Part shown: piece after piece, positions 59,357-64,000 of the stretch
Layout: every line of letters begins with the position of its first letter
Position numbering within the stretch: position 1 is the first letter of the stretch
NCBI GenBank assembly: GCA_963814365.1
Contig: CAWFCL010000004.1
Coordinates: 1,504,576-1,568,575 of the forward strand
Length of the DNA: 64,000 bases
Direction: 5' to 3'
Origin: an uncultured Actinomycetes bacterium
GTDB taxonomy: Bacteria > Actinomycetota > Thermoleophilia > RBG-16-64-13
Program-made: the position numbers and the translations under genes
Notes under the pieces: generated by a model
The model's database searches: none
What the model was told of the DNA's origin: nothing
What the model saw: the letters and a program-made list of their open reading frames with translations, nothing else

Positions 59357-60073
59357 GTCGTCCAGGGTCAAGAGGCCCGACTTCAGGCTGACGAACACTG
59401 CTTCGGTGCGGGAGCGGACGTTCAGGCACTGGAATATCTCGACAAAGTACCCCTTGACGGTGGCCTCGCTGATATTCAATCTGGCGCCTATCTGCTTGTT
59501 CGACAGACCCTGCGCTGCGAGACCCAGGACTTCCATCGCCTTGGCGGACATACTTCGTGCACCAGCTTCGCCAGGCCTCCCCTTGCTCGGTTCTTCGACA
59601 TGCTGAAGGGCATACCTGACCACCTCTTCGGAGATGCCGGGGGCCAGGACCAGTTCACCGTCCATCAGGCTGCGGATGGTGTTTATCACTTCGGGGCCAT
59701 ATATGGACTTCACAAGATATCCGCTGGCGCCCGCCTGCAGGATGCTGAATATCGTGTGGATGTCGGTGTGGACGGTGAGAATCAGCACCGAAGTGTCCGG
59801 ACTTGTCGCCTTTATCCGCTTGGTGGCTTCGACCCCGTTCATGACAGGCATGCTGATGTCCATTATCACGACGTCCGGCTTGCGGGTCTCGGTCAGCTGG
59901 ACGGCCTCTGAGCCGTCACCCGCCTCGCCCACCACCTGAAGATCGTCCTCTTGCTCGACCAGGTCGCGCAACGCCCTGCGCATCAGCGGATGGTCATCCG
60001 CCAGCAGGATCTTGATCTTCGGCTCGGTCTTATCCGGCTCTTGTTTGGCCAACGAGGCCCTCTCTCTCGACAT
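59348..60073 (-). CDS. response regulator, NarL/LuxR family (REC + HTH)
   Basis: Intact 241-aa ORF with a REC domain (KILLADDHPLMR...DVVIMDISMP) and a LuxR-type HTH (LSNKQIGARLNISEATVKGY). Confidence 0.92.
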   Translation of the reverse strand: MSRERASLAKQEPDKTEPKIKILLADDHPLMRRALRDLVEQEDDLQVVGEAGDGSEAVQLTETRKPDVVIMDISMPVMNGVEATKRIKATSPDTSVLILTVHTDIHTIFSILQAGASGYLVKSIYGPEVINTIRSLMDGELVLAPGISEEVVRYALQHVEEPSKGRPGEAGARSMSAKAMEVLGLAAQGLSNKQIGARLNISEATVKGYFVEIFQCLNVRSRTEAVFVSLKSGLLTLDDLG

Positions 60074-60141
60074 CCGTTGAAGGTCTTACGACGATGAGTG
60101 ATGTCCCTCAAAGCGGGGCATCATGATACCAGCCTTGCACA

Positions 60142-60181
60142 GAGGGGCAGGCCCCTCTAACTCAGAGTGGGCCTGCCCCTC
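60142..60181 (-). terminator. long GC-rich hairpin downstream of the decayed binding-protein gene
   Basis: GAGGGGCAGGCCC / GGGCCTGCCCCTC forms a 13-bp stem, extended by CTCT/AGAG pairing. It lies 45 nt after the stop at 60226. A second small hairpin is at 60196-60212. Confidence 0.5.
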
Positions 60182-60225
60182 GACTGCACGACTAGGGACG
60201 CGTATCGCGTCCTTCGCACCGCGTA

Positions 60226-61518
60226 CTACTTGCCGAAGCCATGTGGAGAAACCGCCTCATAGGTCTCCACGGTCTCATAGCGGAACGGCCACTCCCAGCC
60301 GGCGGGACTTGCCACTACTTGGCAGATGTAGACGTTCCTGACGGCCACGTTGGGCCAGTCGCTCGTCGCGTCAAAATACGCCGGTCCTTGCGGACCTTCC
60401 CACGGAGTGTTAAGAAGGCCTTGGATCAGCGCATCTGGCGTGGTGTCGCCGCCATTCCCCTCGACGACCTTGATGAACAGCTGAGCCACATCGTAGGCGT
60501 TGACATTGGTGGCGTCGAGCGCGACCTCACCTGAGCTGGCCGGATAGGCTTCTTCCCAGAGCTTGGCGAAAGTCAGATTGGCCTCCGAGGTGGAGTCGGG
60601 ACTGTACTCCGACGGGCACGGGGTCCCTGCCATGGCCGCGGCGGCCTCGGGGTTGTTGAGGTCCTTGAAGATGTAGGGCTCGAACGTGGCCCCATGGAAC
60701 GCACCTACTTTGGGCATGTCGATACCCAGTTGGTAGAACGAGGCGATCAACCTCTGTGCAGTCTGCTCCGGGGAACCAGTAGACCAGGGCATCCGCCAGC
60801 CTTGATCGTCGTCAAGATGGACGAGAAGTCCAGAGTGTTCGCGGGGGCCGTCTTGGCGTCGACTATAGTGCCGCCCAGAGCCCGGAACTCCTCTTGGAAG
60901 GGGCCCAGGAACGTGGCGCCGGCCGCTCCCTCGGGAGCAAGCGTGGCGACGTTCTTGTATCCCAACGTGTTGTAGGTGTAGTCGGCCATGCAGGTGGGCT
61001 GCTGAAGATTGGTGCCGCAAGCCCCCACCAGCCAGGGATTGTCTTTGAAGATGACTTCAGGTGACGGCGTATACATTATCAGCGGCACGCCGGCCGTCTT
61101 CATGTAGTTGGCGACGGTGTACTTCTCGCCGATTGCGGTCGGGCCGAATATCGCTACTACCTGGTCTTGTTCGACCAGTTTCTTTGCGCGCGCAAGAGCC
61201 TGGTTGGGATCGTCCGCGGCATCTTCGTGGATGATCTCCACCGGCCGGTCACCGATGCGGTCATCGATGGCGCTGAAAAGCCAGTTCGAGCGACTTCTTC
61301 ATGTTCTGCCCCTGAGAGGCCTCCATGCCTGTCAAGTCCGCTATGTGCCCGATCTTGATGGGCTCGCCGGTAGCCGGCGGTAGAGTGGTTGTCGACTCAC
61401 CTACGGTCACGCTGGTCGTCGTCTCTTCGGTACCCCCGCCACAGGCCACGGCAAGGACCGCCACGGCCATAGCCAACGCGAAGACCCCTATCAACAAGTA
61501 TCGTCTCTTCACGTCCAT
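60226..61518 (-). pseudogene. Liv-type ABC substrate-binding lipoprotein, paralogue of 54881..56164, frameshifted
   Basis: It is collinear with the intact paralogue, with roughly three-quarters of positions identical by eye. It is split over ORFs 61261..61599, 60747..61241 and 60226..61020. The lipobox is LAVACGGG. Confidence 0.8.
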
Positions 61519-61692
61519 ACCCTCCTGTTCCAGCATCATGCGACTTGGCGATCGTGCAGTGCCGCACACCGGCCACGGTGAACATCTGGCCGCGATCACA
61601 CGTCAGTCTGACCCTAGAGAAGGCCACTGTCAACAGTTTTGTTAGGAAAGTAACTAATCTGATATCCGGGAGCGCTGGCATGCCCAAGAGAA

Positions 61693-61740
61693 GAGGCGGC
61701 CACAGCCACTCCCTCGAGAGGAACGCGCTGTGGCCGCCTC
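61693..61740 (-). terminator. GC-rich hairpin downstream of the thiolase gene
   Basis: GAGGCGGCCACAGC / GCTGTGGCCGCCTC forms a perfect 14-bp stem with a 20-nt loop, 41 nt after the stop at 61781. Confidence 0.5.
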
Positions 61741-61780
61741 GCAAGAGTACGGCTCTGTGTCCCTGTGCTGGGTCGCTAGC

Positions 61781-62965
61781 TCAGCCCAGCTCGTTGCCCG
61801 CGATAAGCACGCTCACCGTCGCAGAACCGGGTTCTCCACCCTGGTTGTGAGTGAGACCCAGGCGCGGGTTCTTAATCTGACGCTTGTCGGCCTTACCCTG
61901 AAGCTGTTTGTACACCTCGTAGAGCATGCGCAGACCAGTGGCACCGATCGGGTGACCGAAGCACTTCAGACCACCGTCGGTGTTGACCGGTAGGTCGCCC
62001 TCCAGGGTGAAGCTGCCGGCCTCGATGTCGTCCTTCACCTTGCCGCGTGGCGAGAACTGAAGGTCTTCCATGATAGTGAGCTCGGTGATAGAGAAGCAGT
62101 CATGCACCTCGGCGATGTCTATCTCTTTACGCGGGTCCTTGATGCCGGCCTCTTTGTAGGCGGCTAGACCACCACGGTAGGTCTCCTCCACATGCGCCAG
62201 GTCGTACTTCTGGCTCAGCCAACCCTCTCGGGCTCCCTGGCTGATGGTGGCGGCCTTGATGTAGATGGGGTCATCGCGGAACTTCTTCGCCAGGTCGGCC
62301 CGGCAGATGATGGCAGCAGCCGCGCCGTCACTCACGCCGCAGCAGTCAAATAGACCAAGCGGGTAGGCGATCATAGGGGCGTTGATGGCCTGCTCCAGAG
62401 TGATCTCGCGCTGGAAGTGCGCCTTGGGGTTTAGCGAACCGTTGTGATGGTTCTTGACGGCGATCTGCGCTAGGAGCTTCTTGCCCTCTTCGTAGCTCAG
62501 ACCATACTTGGAGAAATAGCCGGTACCCATCATTGCAAAGCCAGCGGCTGGAGTCTGGGTGGTGATCCGATAGCTCCAGGTCGCGACCGGACGGGTCTGC
62601 GGCAGGCCGGTGAATCCTGTGTCCTTGAGCTTCTCGGCGCCGACCGCCAAGACTACGTCGTAGATGCCGGCGGCGACAGCGTAGGCCGCGCCGCGGATGG
62701 CCTCGGAACCGGTCGCGCACTGGTTCTCGACGTGGGTGGCTGGTATGTAGCCCAGCTTCAAAGGCGCAGTCATGATGGAACTCGATTCACCCGCGAACAC
62801 ACTGCCCCACCAAGCGGCCTCTATGTCCTTGGGTCCCACGCCTGCATCTTCGAACGCTTCGTACGTCGCCTCGACGATCATATCCTCCAGGCTCTTGCCC
62901 CAGTTCTCACCGAACCGGACGCAGCCCATGCCGACAATGGCGACTCTGTCTTTGATACTGTCCAT
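61781..62965 (-). CDS. thiolase (archaeal/SCP-x-type acetyl-CoA acetyltransferase)
   Basis: The ORF is intact. The nucleophile Cys is present (VENQCATGSEAI), as are HDCFS and GHPIGATG. I placed the start at ATG 62965 (MDSIKDRVAIVGMG), which overlaps the upstream stop as TAATG. Confidence 0.88.
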   Translation of the reverse strand: MDSIKDRVAIVGMGCVRFGENWGKSLEDMIVEATYEAFEDAGVGPKDIEAAWWGSVFAGESSSIMTAPLKLGYIPATHVENQCATGSEAIRGAAYAVAAGIYDVVLAVGAEKLKDTGFTGLPQTRPVATWSYRITTQTPAAGFAMMGTGYFSKYGLSYEEGKKLLAQIAVKNHHNGSLNPKAHFQREITLEQAINAPMIAYPLGLFDCCGVSDGAAAAIICRADLAKKFRDDPIYIKAATISQGAREGWLSQKYDLAHVEETYRGGLAAYKEAGIKDPRKEIDIAEVHDCFSITELTIMEDLQFSPRGKVKDDIEAGSFTLEGDLPVNTDGGLKCFGHPIGATGLRMLYEVYKQLQGKADKRQIKNPRLGLTHNQGGEPGSATVSVLIAGNELG

Positions 62966-64000
62966 TACTGACACCTCACCGGCTGGCACTTCCACCAGTA
63001 GTTGTGGATGCCTCCGACGCTGTAGAGACGACGGAAGGTCATCTCAAGGGGTATCCCTACCTCGACAGCGGCGGGGTCGCGGTCGGTCATGTCGCACATC
63101 AGACGACCACCACCCTCGAAGTCGACGAAGGTCACCGTCACCGGCGAGTCCACACTCTCGACCACATAGTCATGTGAGAACGAGAACGCCTTCGCGGGCA
63201 CATCCTGGAAGTTGTAGGGTTCCATCTTGTCCTTGGCTTTGCACTCAACGCACACCCGCTGAGGTGGATACTGCGGGGTGTTGCACACGGTGCATCTGGT
63301 ACCGGTCAGCCTCAGCTCCCACGGGACTTCGCGCCACTGAGCTACCGGAGACGGCGTGCGGGCCTCCAGCGACGGCCGTGCCGGCGGCTGGACGGTGACC
63401 AGCTCACGCCACTTCAGATACTTCATGTAGCTGGGGAGCATCGCCTTTGCCTCGAGGTGCTTCTGGATGCCGCGGCGATCCTTGAGCTTGTCGATACTGT
63501 CGGTGACCTCGAGCACGACTGTGTCACAGCCGTTGCCGTAGCTGACCAGTAGGACCTTGTCACCGCTCTTGGCGCGCTCCAGCGACTGCACCAGGCTCAT
63601 CAGTGACAGGGCGCAGCCCGTGTCACCGACGCCGACCTGCAATGCATCCCCCACCTGCGTGGCTTCGTCGAAACCCAGCTTCTTGGCCATGCCGGTGAGC
63701 TGTCTGGCGTTCGGCGCTGCCAACGCTACGTGCGCGAAGATCGGTCGACGCCAAGCCACTATTCTTTAGGAGCTGCCCCGACCGCCTTCTTCACGGTAGC
63801 TCCGTAGCCCTCGTCCATGGCGAAGCGGTCCTCGGCGGAACGGACGAATGTGTCCTTGTCCGAACGCCACACATCCTGGATCTCCTGGTACATGGAGTCG
63901 AACTGCTTGACCTCGGCAACTACGTCCTTGGCCGCGACCAGAAGGGCGCCGGCTCCATCACCGAAGCTCATCTCGGCCGGACCCGACGGGTAGCCCAGGC
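62965..64000 (-). CDS. HMG-CoA-synthase-like condensing enzyme fused to a C-terminal DUF35 Zn-ribbon/OB domain (5' end outside the window; at least 1 frameshift)
   Basis: HMGS-like segments (MSFGDGAGALLV..., ...GDTGCALSLMSLV...LLVSYGNGCDT) are followed by a DUF35 ribbon (CTVCNTPQYPPQRVCVEC) and OB region. The frame changes near 63760, between ORFs 63759..63971 and 62965..63759. Confidence 0.75.

Noticed and set aside
26664-61633. A recurring TGTCAAC heptamer in three intergenic regions (26664, 45492 and 61627), and the shared GTTATCTGG 9-mer (45455 and 56177), as a common regulator site.
   Set aside because: The expected chance frequency of a 7-mer on both strands of 64 kb is several copies, and that of a 9-mer is about 0.5. 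There is no consistent spacing or symmetry around these copies.
1-64000. Searches for CRISPR arrays, tRNA or rRNA genes, IS elements, integrases and tandem repeats.
   Set aside because: No regularly spaced direct repeats, no tRNA-like T-arm sequences in intergenic regions, no transposase or integrase ORFs and no terminal inverted repeats were found on visual scanning of both strands.

Overview
The window is a gene-dense, roughly 60% GC chromosomal segment. I recognised no rRNA, tRNA, CRISPR array, transposase or phage genes. All solute-binding proteins carry a lipobox Cys followed by a Thr/Glu-rich linker, which suggests a monoderm-type host (Actinomycetota- or Chloroflexota-like); I cannot assign taxonomy from sequence alone.

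The content is almost entirely catabolic or accessory. In order along the window:
- an MCP chemoreceptor, an MBL-fold hydrolase, and a small RHH / isochorismatase-like / VOC trio
- a CUT2-type sugar ABC transporter
- an acyl-CoA dehydrogenase and an AhpD-like protein
- a four-subunit 2-oxoacid:ferredoxin oxidoreductase (porCDAB-like), followed directly by a cytoplasmic molybdopterin oxidoreductase with an Fe-S subunit
- a MaoC dehydratase and two paralogous lipoproteins
- an L-arabinose cluster (araD, araA, LacI-type regulator, araB)
- an L-rhamnose cluster (AraC-type regulator, rhaI, rhaB, rhaD) with an esterase, an aldehyde dehydrogenase and lutC plus a lutB-lutA fusion
- a PLP ammonia-lyase / DUF35 / nucleophile-less thiolase-fold operon
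- a fused membrane spermidine-synthase-like gene and a lipoprotein tannase
- an SDR / ferredoxin / Cys-rich Fe-S operon
- MarR, an orphan DNA methyltransferase, a URO-D-family protein with an orphan DctP-like binding protein, and TetR
- a long operon of a Liv-type ABC transporter, an unknown 387-aa protein and hydantoinase A/B
- a second MarR plus DctP-like pair, a NarL-type two-component system, and a decayed paralogue of the Liv-type binding protein
- an archaeal-type thiolase plus an HMG-CoA-synthase-DUF35 fusion that runs off the window end

Major caveat: many conserved genes are interrupted by single-base indels. These are concentrated in blocks (about 7.5-20.1 kb and 35.1-39.5 kb), while neighbouring long genes are intact. 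Coordinates of frameshifted genes are therefore full-span estimates stitched from several ORF-track fragments.

The best candidates for undescribed biology are:
- the Cys-less thiolase-fold / DUF35 / PLP-lyase operon
- the ABC / unknown / hydantoinase operon
- the Cys-rich Fe-S / ferredoxin / SDR operon
- the URO-D-like protein with DctP-like binding proteins that lack TRAP membrane subunits
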